A stretch of 64,000 bases of DNA from Candidatus Peregrinibacteria bacterium (GTDB lineage: Bacteria > Patescibacteriota > Gracilibacteria > UBA1369 > LOWO2-01-FULL-3), in NCBI GenBank assembly GCA_026395515.1, contig JAPLYN010000005.1, forward strand, positions 431,938 to 495,937. Direction: 5' to 3'. Position 1 is the first letter of the stretch; every line of letters starts with the position of its first letter. Of the stretch, positions 10,084 through 19,778 are shown in pieces. The translations under genes and the position numbers were made by a program. The notes under the pieces are model-generated. The model was not told where the DNA came from. It saw nothing but the letters and a program-made list of their open reading frames with translations, and did not search any database.

Positions 10084-10638
10084 CTATTCCACCCATTTAA
10101 TAGAACATCCCATTGAGGGATGTTGAGGTTCAGAAACTTTTTCGCATTTTAAAATTGTATCAATAGCCTCTGAAAGTTCTTGTTTTGTGACTTTAGATTC
10201 ATCCTTCCAGCTATCATCAATTCGGCCATGGTAAGCCAATTTCCGTTCATTATCATAAACAAAAATATCAGGTGTGCATTGAGCTTCATATTCACGAGAA
10301 ACTTTTTGATCAATATCAATTAGATAAGGGAAATTCATCTTTCTTTCCGCAAATTCTTTTTGCATATTTTCAAAACTATCTTCTCCGTAATTAGAATTTG
10401 CAGCATTAGCATTAATTCCCACAAACTGAACTCCCAATGTTTTAAATTTTTCCTGCAAATTAATTAATCTCTGCCAAACAGCTTTCACATAAGGACAATG
10501 ATTGCACATGAAAACAATCACTAAAACCCTAGCCTCTTTAAATCGATCTAAGGTGTAAATTTCATTATCTACACCTTTAAGTTCGAAGGTCTTAGCTGGC
10601 TCCCCCATGCTGATTTTTAACGATTCTAGCAGTGTCAT
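10084..10638 (-). CDS. Thioredoxin-fold AhpC/TSA family protein
   Basis: FMCNHCPYV, ACTPD-like motif (AQCTPD), YHGRIDD, C-terminal GCSIKW. Confidence 0.9.
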   Translation of the reverse strand: MTLLESLKISMGEPAKTFELKGVDNEIYTLDRFKEARVLVIVFMCNHCPYVKAVWQRLINLQEKFKTLGVQFVGINANAANSNYGEDSFENMQKEFAERKMNFPYLIDIDQKVSREYEAQCTPDIFVYDNERKLAYHGRIDDSWKDESKVTKQELSEAIDTILKCEKVSEPQHPSMGCSIKWVE

Positions 10639-10648
10639 ATTGTTTTAT

Positions 10649-12169
10649 TTAACGACCAATCTTCTCATCATGCATTCTACGAATTTCAATGCGATTCAAA
10701 ACATCAATCAACGCTTTACCTGATGCAATTGTAATGTCTGTATCAGAACCATGTCCATACCAAATTTTTTCGTACTGATCCTGCCATTCAATTTTCACGA
10801 AACCAACCGCCTCTTTATCCGGAGTAAGTGCATTGATATTAAAAGAAGTTAATTTCCCTTTCAAACCAGTAGCTTTAATAATCGCAGCATAAAGAGCAGA
10901 AACCGGACCATCACTCTCACAAACCATATTTATTTTTTCATCACCTATTCTAATAACTGCGTCAGCTTTCGCAGATTTATCTTTTTCAGAATAAATTTTA
11001 GCATCAACCAATTCATATTTTTTCTCAATATCATAATCCATCGCCACCATAATTAAATCCTCATCATAAATATTTTTCTTCTTGTCTGCCAAAGCTTTAA
11101 ATTTAGCAAAAATAATTTCCATTCTCTCTTTAGAAACCTGAATTCCCAACTGAATCAAACGGCTTCCCAAAGCGCTTTTACCAGAATGTTTGCCCAAAAC
11201 TAATTGATTTGTAGATCTACCAACATCCTCAGCTTTCATAATTTCGTAAGTCAAACGATTGGATAAAATTCCATGCTGATGAATTCCAGCTTCATGAGCA
11301 AAAGCATTTTTACCAACAATAGATTTATTTGCTTGAACCTTCTGTCCGGTAATTTGCGACAACAATTTACTAGTCGCATAAAGTTGTTTCGTATCGATAT
11401 TTATTTTTTCTTTAAACAAATCTGGACGCGTCTTCATAGCCATCACCACTTCTTCCAAAGCTGCATTTCCAGCTCGTTCGCCAATACCATTTATAGTACA
11501 TTCAATCTGACGTGCACCATTCATCACGCCAGCTAAACTATTGGCTACTGCAAGCCCTAAATCATCATGACAATGAGTTGAAAAAATCACTTTATCTGCC
11601 CCAATAACTTTCTCTTTCAAATATTTTATCAAAGCTCCATATTCCTCCGGCGTGCTGTATCCCACAGTATCCGGAATATTTAAAGTATCAGCGCCAGCCT
11701 TCACAGCTTCATTCAAAATTTCCACCAAAAAATTCCAATCAGACCTTGTCGCATCTTCCGGAGAAAAATCCACCATGTCCGTAAAAGACTTTGCCATTTT
11801 CACACCCATAATTGCTTTTTTAATTGCCTCGTCACGAGAAATTTTCAATTTATGCTCCAAATGTATATCGCTAGTGGCAATGAACACGTGAATACGAGGC
11901 TTTGCAGCAGTTTTCAAAGCTTTGATAGTAGATTCTATGTCCATTTCGTTACAACGCGCTAAACCGCATATTTCAGCCTTCTGGCAGACTTCGCCAATTT
12001 GCTTCACAGACTCAAAATCCTCAGGCGAAGCAGCAGAAAAACCAGCTTCAATTACATCAACTCCTAAATTTTCCAACTGCTGCGCCATCATTAATTTTTC
12101 TCTCAAATTCATAGAAAAACCAGGCGACTGCTCTCCATCTCTCAAAGTTGTATCAAATATTTTAATCAT
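10649..12169 (-). CDS. leuA: 2-isopropylmalate synthase
   Basis: FDTTLRDGEQSPG, HCHDDLGLAVAN, GIGERAGN and AFAHEAGIHQ motifs; C-terminal regulatory domain. Confidence 0.95.
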   Translation of the reverse strand: MIKIFDTTLRDGEQSPGFSMNLREKLMMAQQLENLGVDVIEAGFSAASPEDFESVKQIGEVCQKAEICGLARCNEMDIESTIKALKTAAKPRIHVFIATSDIHLEHKLKISRDEAIKKAIMGVKMAKSFTDMVDFSPEDATRSDWNFLVEILNEAVKAGADTLNIPDTVGYSTPEEYGALIKYLKEKVIGADKVIFSTHCHDDLGLAVANSLAGVMNGARQIECTINGIGERAGNAALEEVVMAMKTRPDLFKEKINIDTKQLYATSKLLSQITGQKVQANKSIVGKNAFAHEAGIHQHGILSNRLTYEIMKAEDVGRSTNQLVLGKHSGKSALGSRLIQLGIQVSKERMEIIFAKFKALADKKKNIYDEDLIMVAMDYDIEKKYELVDAKIYSEKDKSAKADAVIRIGDEKINMVCESDGPVSALYAAIIKATGLKGKLTSFNINALTPDKEAVGFVKIEWQDQYEKIWYGHGSDTDITIASGKALIDVLNRIEIRRMHDEKIGR

Positions 12170-12208
12170 AATTTTTTAGTTTAATTGTTTTAATAATAAT
12201 TTTAAAAT

Positions 12209-13297
12209 TTATATTTTCCCGCCACGGAGATTTTCTACTATTTTATTTCCCATTTCAGATGTAGAAACAGCTTTTCCACCATCCGCTATATCTCCGGTCC
12301 TCAAACCTTCAGCTAAAGTTTTTTCAACTGCATTTAAAATTGCATCGTGTTCTTCAGTCATACCAAAAGAAAATTTCAACATCATCGCTGCGGATAAAAT
12401 TTGCCCAATTGGATTTGCAATTCCCTTGCCGGCAATATCCGGCGCACTACCGGATGACGGCTCATATAAGCCAAATCCTCGTTCATTCAAAGACGCAGAA
12501 GGAAGCATCCCTAACGATCCAGCAAACACACTTACTTCATCAGAAATAATATCTCCAAACATATTTGGCATTAAAATTACATCAAAATCTCCAGGCCTTT
12601 TAAGCACCTGCATACTCATATTATCCACAAGCACATGTTCTAAAACACAATCAGGATAATTTTTCGCCACATTCGTCACTGCTTCTCTCCACAATTTACT
12701 ACAGTTCAAAACATTGGCTTTATCGACCGAAGTCACCTTTTTCTTGCGTACTTGAGCCGCCTTAAAAGCCGCATGTGCAATAGCCTCAATCACCTTTTCA
12801 TCATAAGACATTTCATCAAAGGCATGACGCATACCGACTTCCCCACTCATCTCATGTTTTCCGAAATAAACATCCTGAGAAAGTTCACGCACACAAAGCA
12901 TATCAATTCCTTTATCCACAATATCCGATCTCAAAACACAAGCATCTTTCAATGCAGAATATAATTTCACCGGTCTTAAATTCACATTGAAATTAAAATG
13001 CTTACGAATTGCCAAAATAGAATTAGTCTCACAATTTTTCCATTTTGGTTCCATCTGCTTATCTACGGGGCCACCGACAGAACCAAATAAAATAGCATCA
13101 GTATTTTCTGAAACACTTACTGTTTCCTCAGGAAAGTGTTCGCCGTATTTTTCCCATGCAGATCCACCAATTAGCCCTTCTACATATTCAAATTTATGCC
13201 CAAAAATTTCCTCAATTTTTCGTAGAACTTTCAAAGCCTCCGCCATAATTTCTGTACCAATTCCATCACCAGCCAAAACTGCTATTTTTTTATTCAT
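12209..13297 (-). CDS. leuB: 3-isopropylmalate dehydrogenase
   Basis: GDGIG, VDKANVL, NMFGDIISDE and GSAPDIAGKGIANP motifs. Confidence 0.95.
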   Translation of the reverse strand: MNKKIAVLAGDGIGTEIMAEALKVLRKIEEIFGHKFEYVEGLIGGSAWEKYGEHFPEETVSVSENTDAILFGSVGGPVDKQMEPKWKNCETNSILAIRKHFNFNVNLRPVKLYSALKDACVLRSDIVDKGIDMLCVRELSQDVYFGKHEMSGEVGMRHAFDEMSYDEKVIEAIAHAAFKAAQVRKKKVTSVDKANVLNCSKLWREAVTNVAKNYPDCVLEHVLVDNMSMQVLKRPGDFDVILMPNMFGDIISDEVSVFAGSLGMLPSASLNERGFGLYEPSSGSAPDIAGKGIANPIGQILSAAMMLKFSFGMTEEHDAILNAVEKTLAEGLRTGDIADGGKAVSTSEMGNKIVENLRGGKI

Positions 13298-13878
13298 AAA
13301 ACTTTTGTATCAAAAAATATATTTTTAGAATGCCTCTTATCAAAACTTTTAATTTCAGACATTTGAGAAACTAAATAAGCCAAGTCATCCATATCTTTCA
13401 AAAGACATTCTTTTCTATATGAATCAATTTCAAAATTAAACACTTCGCCATTCGGCAAAATCACTTTTTGAGCAGCAACATTTACTTCAATTTCACAATC
13501 TTCTTTAGCAAAAATTTCGCTCACAATTTTTTCATCCAAAATAATCGGCAAAATTCCATTTTTCATTGCATTATTAAAGAAAATATCCGCAAAAGACGGA
13601 GCAATCACAACCTCAATTCCCCAGTCTCTAAGCGCCCAAGCGGCATGTTCGCGCGAACTGCCACAACCAAAATTCTTCCCAGCAACTAAAATCTTCGCTT
13701 CCCTATATTTCGCCAAATTAAATGGAAAATTTGACTCCATCATTCTTAATCTCGCAAAAACATGTTCACCTAATCCCTTCTTACTTGTCGTGGTTAAAAA
13801 ATCAGCAGGAATAATAAGATCAGTATCAATATCCTCTCGAGGCAATGGAATAATTTTAGATTTAATAATTTCCCTCAT
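13294..13878 (-). CDS. leuD: 3-isopropylmalate dehydratase small subunit
   Basis: DIDTDLIIPA, NFGCGSSREHA and SFADIFFNN motifs; ATGA overlap with leuB. Confidence 0.95.
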   Translation of the reverse strand: MREIIKSKIIPLPREDIDTDLIIPADFLTTTSKKGLGEHVFARLRMMESNFPFNLAKYREAKILVAGKNFGCGSSREHAAWALRDWGIEVVIAPSFADIFFNNAMKNGILPIILDEKIVSEIFAKEDCEIEVNVAAQKVILPNGEVFNFEIDSYRKECLLKDMDDLAYLVSQMSEIKSFDKRHSKNIFFDTKVL

Positions 13879-13884
13879 AAGTTT

Positions 13885-15255
13885 TTAGATTAATTTTCTT
13901 ACATCTGTAATTTTTCCAGTCACAGCTGCAGCAGCCGCCATAATCGGACTCATTAAATGAGTGATAGCACCCTTTCCCTGACGACCCACAAAATTTCTGT
14001 TACTGGTGGAGGCACATCGTTTTCCTTCCGGAACTTTATCCTCATTCATTGCCAAACACATACTGCATCCAGGATTGCGGAAATCCGCACCAGCATCAGT
14101 AAAAACCTTATCTAAACCTTCCTTAATAGCCGCCTCACGCACAGATTCAGAACCCGGCACTACATACACAATCACACCATCCGCCACTTTTCTTCCCTTA
14201 AAAATCCTCGCAGCTTCTCTCAAATCAGACAATCTCGCATTCGTACAGGAACCAATAAAAACATAATTCACCGGCACACCTTCAATTTTCTGACCTGCTT
14301 CCAGCCGCACGTAATCCAAAGCCTGCACATCTGCATTCTCAGGAATAACTTCACTCACTTCAATTCCTTGCCCGGGATTAAAACCCCAAGTCACCATCGG
14401 CGCCATTTCATCAACATTAACTTCAACAACATTGTCATATTCCGCATCCACATCACTAACTAAGGAACTCCAATATTGAAGAGCCTGAGCCCATTTCTCT
14501 CCTTTCGGTGCACATTCCCTACCTTTCAAATATTCAAAAGTAACCTCATCCGGTGCAATCAATCCAGCACGTGCTCCACATTCAATACTCATATTACAAA
14601 TCGTCATGCGCTCATCCATCGACATCTTCCTCACGACCTCGCCAGTATATTCAATGACATGCCCTCGCGCGCCCGCCACACCAATTTGAGAAATTAATTT
14701 TAAAATTAAATCTTTTGCCGTCACACATTCACCAATCTTCCCAATAAAATTCACTTTCATCGTCTTCGGTTTTTCTTGCAACAAACAACCTGTCGCCATC
14801 ACATGCCCCACTTCCGTCGTCCCAATTCCAAAAGCCAAAGCTCCAAAAGCACCATGAGTCGAAGTATGACTATCTCCACATACAACAGTAATTCCTGGCT
14901 GAGTTAAGCCTAATTCAGGTCCGATCACATGCACAATTCCTTGCCTGCCACTATCCATATCTATCAACTTCACACCAAATTCCTCACAGTTTTTTCTCAA
15001 AGTCATAATTTGTTTTTGAGAACCAGCATCAGTCGCAATTTTTCTATTCACGGCTGTAGAAACATTATGATCCACTGTCGCCACAGCACGATCGCTCGCA
15101 TGAAATTTCAAACCTTTTTCCCTCAACATTTCAAAAGCCTGCGGCGAAGTCACCTCATGTATCAAATGCAAATCTATTGCAAACACATCAGGAAAACCTT
15201 CCTTACTCACCACTACATGTTCATCCCAAATTTTCTGAATTATATTTCTTGCCAT
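13885..15255 (-). CDS. leuC: 3-isopropylmalate dehydratase large subunit
   Basis: HEVTSPQAF, CGDSHTSTHGA, GSCTN, PGCSMC and STSNRNF motifs. Confidence 0.96.
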   Translation of the reverse strand: MARNIIQKIWDEHVVVSKEGFPDVFAIDLHLIHEVTSPQAFEMLREKGLKFHASDRAVATVDHNVSTAVNRKIATDAGSQKQIMTLRKNCEEFGVKLIDMDSGRQGIVHVIGPELGLTQPGITVVCGDSHTSTHGAFGALAFGIGTTEVGHVMATGCLLQEKPKTMKVNFIGKIGECVTAKDLILKLISQIGVAGARGHVIEYTGEVVRKMSMDERMTICNMSIECGARAGLIAPDEVTFEYLKGRECAPKGEKWAQALQYWSSLVSDVDAEYDNVVEVNVDEMAPMVTWGFNPGQGIEVSEVIPENADVQALDYVRLEAGQKIEGVPVNYVFIGSCTNARLSDLREAARIFKGRKVADGVIVYVVPGSESVREAAIKEGLDKVFTDAGADFRNPGCSMCLAMNEDKVPEGKRCASTSNRNFVGRQGKGAITHLMSPIMAAAAAVTGKITDVRKLI

Positions 15256-15281
15256 CGCTATAAAATTTTAAGAATACAAAT

Positions 15282-15309
15282 AAAAAACACCGACCATATG
15301 CGTCAGTGT
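15282..15309 (-). terminator. Attenuator terminator of the leu leader
   Basis: Minus strand acactgac-gcatatg-gtcggtgt followed by a U-run, just upstream of the leuC ATG. Confidence 0.85.
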
Positions 15310-15334
15310 GTAAGTTCTATAGTTATTACAAACA

Positions 15335-15409
15335 CTAACGCAAAATTAGTCTCCCTAGAAGAAGGAGTCCTAAATTCTGTACGTCGTTTGTAATAATTCT
15401 ATTTTTCAT
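15335..15409 (-). CDS. leuL: leu operon leader peptide MKNRIITNDVQNLGLLLLGRLILR (not in ORF track)
   Basis: 24 aa with 7 Leu, including four tandem codons CTC CTT CTT CTA; lies between a promoter and the attenuator hairpin upstream of leuC. Confidence 0.88.
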   Translation of the reverse strand: MKNRIITNDVQNLGLLLLGRLILR

Positions 15410-15421
15410 AATTGTGCCCTC

Positions 15422-15450
15422 AGATTATTCGTGAAGCACAAAAGTGTCAA
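15422..15450 (-). promoter_or_regulatory. leu operon promoter
   Basis: TTGACA-17-TAATCT; the -35 overlaps the TGA stop of the upstream hydrolase gene. Confidence 0.7.
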
Positions 15451-16595
15451 GAAAAGAATTTTCCAAGAGCCGCTTTCACCTGATCTCTTTGAGCATCTCT
15501 CAACCTAAAAGGAATTGAATGAGAAAGATCCGGCAATTCATTAACATCAACCTTATTCTTTAAACCTTTTCTACCAACAAATTCAGGCAAATCCATAATC
15601 GCATTATCTGGAATCAATTTGTCTTTACCACCTTTCCAAACAGTAAGATCCACACCATCACCAGTCCCATCTTTACTAAAAACATCTTTGAATTTTCTAG
15701 TTGGATTTAAAGTTAATTGTAAAAACCTTCTCGCAGAATCCGGCACACTACGAGCATATTGCTCAGCATCTCTAAAACTTTCATCTCCAAACATAATACG
15801 ATGGTAATCTTGTTCATTTAAAGAAAGAGCACCCTTACCAGGAATAGCTTGTTTCAAAGACTCCATTACCTGTTTTCTCACAGCCCATAAAAATCTCGCC
15901 CTCACCATCGCAAAAGGTCCATCCACAGCCGGCATCATGCTTAAAAATTTTCTAACACGCAAATCCTCATCCCTATTTCTTCTTCCAGGCCCTTCTCCAT
16001 AATTCAAACTATCCAAAAAAGATATTGCATCCAAAGACCCCATGGAATGACCCATTACAGCCACATTGGGCACATATCTTTTATCCCCAAAATATCCTCT
16101 CATCATAAGTACATTCGCAATATTAGAAGAATCTTTAACTTCATCCATCATCCCAATAGCGGAAATACGACCTCTACTTTCATCCTGGATATAATCTGGT
16201 GTACCTCTACCAGAAGGATTTATTCCAAGAACTTTAGGATTTTCAAAACCAGCTTCCTGTAATACTTCTAATACCAAATTTAGAAAATCTCCTTCAAACT
16301 GTGCAGAAGTTTCCCCCCAACCAGGCAAAATCGGTACAATCACATCATGCCTAGCATTTGCGCCCAACTGCGGAGCAACCTCTGTAATTGCTCTCTTTTG
16401 AGTTGAAAAAGAAGTCCCCATCTCATCACCTCTCAAATTAAGAAAAGAAACCTTGAATTGATATTGTCTTCCACTAACTTCAATTACTCCATTTTTTTCT
16501 TCATAATGTTTATCTTTTTCATTCCAAGCAGACTGAAAATCATTCAATCTGTGTTCAGGTTGAAGATCTAATTGGGCTTCAGAATTTGATTCCAT
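15447..16595 (-). CDS. Alpha/beta-fold hydrolase
   Basis: LPGWG oxyanion loop, GHSMG nucleophile elbow, GGKD (Asp) and LSH (His). Confidence 0.75.
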   Translation of the reverse strand: MESNSEAQLDLQPEHRLNDFQSAWNEKDKHYEEKNGVIEVSGRQYQFKVSFLNLRGDEMGTSFSTQKRAITEVAPQLGANARHDVIVPILPGWGETSAQFEGDFLNLVLEVLQEAGFENPKVLGINPSGRGTPDYIQDESRGRISAIGMMDEVKDSSNIANVLMMRGYFGDKRYVPNVAVMGHSMGSLDAISFLDSLNYGEGPGRRNRDEDLRVRKFLSMMPAVDGPFAMVRARFLWAVRKQVMESLKQAIPGKGALSLNEQDYHRIMFGDESFRDAEQYARSVPDSARRFLQLTLNPTRKFKDVFSKDGTGDGVDLTVWKGGKDKLIPDNAIMDLPEFVGRKGLKNKVDVNELPDLSHSIPFRLRDAQRDQVKAALGKFFS

Positions 16596-16614
16596 AAATT
16601 TTAAATATTATTAC

Positions 16615-16649
16615 AAAAAAAGAGGCGAAAGCATAACATCTTCCGCCTC
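16615..16649 (-). terminator. glnA terminator overlapping the promoter of the hydrolase gene
   Basis: gaggcggaag...ctttcgcctc followed by T7. A TTGACA-17-TATGCT promoter (16658-16630) overlaps the hairpin. Confidence 0.7.
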
Positions 16650-16675
16650 ATCTGTCAATCGTCTACTGAAAACCT

Positions 16676-18214
16676 TTAGAACTGGTTCCAAATCCACTGA
16701 TTTGCCACTTCATGGTGATAAAGTACTTCACCAGTCTTTACCTTTGTTCCCAAAGATTTCGGAGAACGTTCAGCTGCCATATATTTCAATGCAGCATATT
16801 TTTGTTGATTTTCTTCACCGATAATATCTTTCACGAAATCACTAGCTTCAAAGTGTTCCAAAGCTTCATAGATATTTCCAGGAAGCTTCTTCACTTTTCC
16901 TCCATAAACTTTCTTCTCCATCTTTGCTAATTCCTCCGCACTAGCTCTCATGCCCACCAAACCAGCCTTAATAATGCCGTAGAAAGCCAAATATGGATTT
17001 GCATCTGGAGCTACAGTACGTACTTCAATTCTTGAGCTCTTTTCGTTTCCAATAGGAATACGCACCATTGAACCACGATCTACCGCAGAAACTTTAATTT
17101 CATTTGGTGCTTCAAAGTGTGGATCCAAACGACGATAAGCATTCACACTGGAGTTAATCAAAAGACAACAATCATTCGCGAAATACAAAATTCCAGTAGT
17201 AACTTTACGAGCAGTTTCAGAAAGAGACCATTCACCTGCTTTATCGTAGAACATATTTACGCCATCTTTTGAGAATGACATATTTGTATGCATACCACTT
17301 CCATTCAAACCTTGAATTGGCTTAGGCAAGAAACAAGCTGTGAATCCCATAGAAGCAGCTACCTGACGAGCTAATAATTTATAAATTTGAATCTGATCAG
17401 CTGCATCTAAAGCTACAGAATACCTGAAGTTCAACTCAAACTGTGCAGGTGCAACTTCCGGATGATCTTTTTCATTTTGGAAACCTAGAGCCCTTTGTAC
17501 TTCCGCAAACTTATCAATAAAAAGTCTAAGAGTATCCTGTGGCAATGAGCTAAAATAACCACTCATTGTAGCTAATTCAAAACCAACTTTCTCACTAAAT
17601 TCCTGTTCCACTTTTTCACCTTTGAATAAAAATCCTTCAATTTCTGGAGCAATATTTACAGTAACTCCTTCTTTTGTACGAAGTTCATCGCATAAAGCAG
17701 CAAGATTTGAACGGAAATCAGATTTATACAAAGTACCATCCTTGTCACAAACATTTCCAAATACTAAAACTTTTCCCGCACCAAAAAGATCTGACGGAAG
17801 CCATCTAAAAGTAGACCAATCAGCCTTTAAACGAAGATCAGACTGAGACTGAGCAGTAAAACCACGAATAGAAGATCCATCAAAAGTAAGATTATCTTCA
17901 GAACTCAAAATAAATTTCTTATCATAATCCAACATATGCAAACGTCCTTCTAAATCAGAAAAACACACCACCACAGCTTTAATTCCAGCTTCATTCTTCA
18001 AATAATCCAAAAACTTTCCTTTCAACGCATCACTTGGAGTTCCTTTCAAACGTTCCATTTTTACTTCTAAGTTTTTTTCTTCCAACTCTGAATAAGAAAG
18101 ATCTAACAAATTTGGCTGCTTCCATAACACCGCACCATACTCACGCTCTCTTCCCTTAATTCCTACCCTTTCAGTTGTCTTAGTCCCAACTGCTCCTAGA
18201 ACGTTGTCTGACAT
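16676..18214 (-). CDS. glnA: Glutamine synthetase (type I)
   Basis: FDGSSIRGF, EVAPAQFE, NGSGMHTN, NAYRRL and IEVRTVAPDANPYL motifs. Confidence 0.93.
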   Translation of the reverse strand: MSDNVLGAVGTKTTERVGIKGREREYGAVLWKQPNLLDLSYSELEEKNLEVKMERLKGTPSDALKGKFLDYLKNEAGIKAVVVCFSDLEGRLHMLDYDKKFILSSEDNLTFDGSSIRGFTAQSQSDLRLKADWSTFRWLPSDLFGAGKVLVFGNVCDKDGTLYKSDFRSNLAALCDELRTKEGVTVNIAPEIEGFLFKGEKVEQEFSEKVGFELATMSGYFSSLPQDTLRLFIDKFAEVQRALGFQNEKDHPEVAPAQFELNFRYSVALDAADQIQIYKLLARQVAASMGFTACFLPKPIQGLNGSGMHTNMSFSKDGVNMFYDKAGEWSLSETARKVTTGILYFANDCCLLINSSVNAYRRLDPHFEAPNEIKVSAVDRGSMVRIPIGNEKSSRIEVRTVAPDANPYLAFYGIIKAGLVGMRASAEELAKMEKKVYGGKVKKLPGNIYEALEHFEASDFVKDIIGEENQQKYAALKYMAAERSPKSLGTKVKTGEVLYHHEVANQWIWNQF

Positions 18215-18453
18215 AATATTGTGGTTAAAAAATTAAATATTATGTAATTCTAATACTAAGAGTCCGAACTATTGGCAATATCAATAAAATTAAGACAAAA
18301 ACACTGTCGAAAACTCCAGAAACATCAAAATAGACTGAGACAGTCGCAATTAACATATTCCTCCAAGCTGGGCTTGTCGGAAAAAGCTACAACAATAAAA
18401 GAATTGCATCATTTTCGTAAACATTGTGAAATCAAAATTTCACAACCAACACC

Positions 18454-19722
18454 TTAAATGAAAAATAACGACACAGCACCCACAAAAGAAATCAAAATTG
18501 CTACCAAACTAACCTTTTTTGCCAATTCTTTATCGGCAAAGATGAAAAATATACCAATTTTCAACAAAGTATTCACTATACCACCAAGCACAATAGCTAT
18601 CGCCGCTGCATCTGGAGTTACCTCAGTTTTTGCTAAACTAGACATCGACACCGTAACCGCATCCACATTAAAGAATCCAAAAATCGTACTTACCAAATAG
18701 ACACTGTTGTTACCAACACTTGCCATCGCAACTTTGAAAACCAAAAGAAAAAGTGCAAATAAAGCTCCGAATTTCAAAGCCGGCATCAGACTAAAAGGAC
18801 TTTGCATTCCCATAACATGCTTATCCAAAACATTGCCTTCTTTTTCACTTCTCTTCATCATCAATAACGAAATCAAACATCCTGTAAAAGACATAGCCAA
18901 CAATGGAATCAAAACATGAATTAAAAGTTCCTGATTCAAAACAGCAACCTCAAAAATCATTTTCAAAAACATCGCCGAAATAGCTATCGTAATAGCAGTA
19001 AGATAGGAAGAATTAGCCTTTGAATTCACTCGACTCTGGTTAGATACACTAACAGACAAAGCAGTAGTTGAAATAAAACCAGTCAAAAAACCAGTCAAAT
19101 TAAGTCCTCTCTTTGGACCCAACAGTTTAATTCCGACATAACTTACAAAAGAGATTCCTGAAATAAAAACCACTAAAAGCCAGATTACATAAGGATTAAA
19201 AAAATCATAGGGACCAAAATTGCTATTAGGCAAAAGTGGTAAAACTATGAAGGCAATAAGAATAAATTCCATAGTAGAAAAAAGTTCCTGAAATTTAATT
19301 TTTTTAGCCCATCTATGCAAAGGCTTCTTCAACATCAACAACATCAAAACGATGAATGCCACCGTTGTTGCATCAAAGAAAAGTGCCATTCCGCACAAAA
19401 TTCCAATAATATAAACCAAAATTGAAGCTACTTCAGAAGTAATCCCTAAACTACCATATTTTTCTCCACTGATAACGTAACTAGCAATAATTAATGCCAA
19501 CAAAGCTACGGCAACGACCACAAAGAAAATAATAGAATAAGTAGACAAAATATAAGACAAAGCTCCAGCAAGACTGATCAAAGCAAAAGTTCTTACTCCA
19601 CCAAAGCTATCATTATCCTTATTTGTTGAATGCTCCAACTGATGTTTACGCTCACGCTCCAAACCAATTAAGGCTCCGAGAGCTGTAGCCAAACCCAATT
19701 GCTGCAATATCATTAAATTCAC
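18454..19722 (-). CDS. MgtC/SapB family membrane protein with DUF4010-like C-terminus
   Basis: GALIGLERE, GGVRTFALI and GFISTTA motifs; many TM segments. Confidence 0.85.
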   Translation of the reverse strand: MNLMILQQLGLATALGALIGLERERKHQLEHSTNKDNDSFGGVRTFALISLAGALSYILSTYSIIFFVVVAVALLALIIASYVISGEKYGSLGITSEVASILVYIIGILCGMALFFDATTVAFIVLMLLMLKKPLHRWAKKIKFQELFSTMEFILIAFIVLPLLPNSNFGPYDFFNPYVIWLLVVFISGISFVSYVGIKLLGPKRGLNLTGFLTGFISTTALSVSVSNQSRVNSKANSSYLTAITIAISAMFLKMIFEVAVLNQELLIHVLIPLLAMSFTGCLISLLMMKRSEKEGNVLDKHVMGMQSPFSLMPALKFGALFALFLLVFKVAMASVGNNSVYLVSTIFGFFNVDAVTVSMSSLAKTEVTPDAAAIAIVLGGIVNTLLKIGIFFIFADKELAKKVSLVAILISFVGAVSLFFI

Positions 19723-19778
19723 AAAAAATTCTTAGAAAAATATCTAAGAATTATAGCACAAAATGAGGAAATATCCTA

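Noticed and set aside
14929-15393. 154-aa plus-strand ORF, and the many other short ORFs antisense to or nested in housekeeping genes
   Set aside because: They are shadows of well-supported genes (here leuC and its attenuator), with no motifs of their own.
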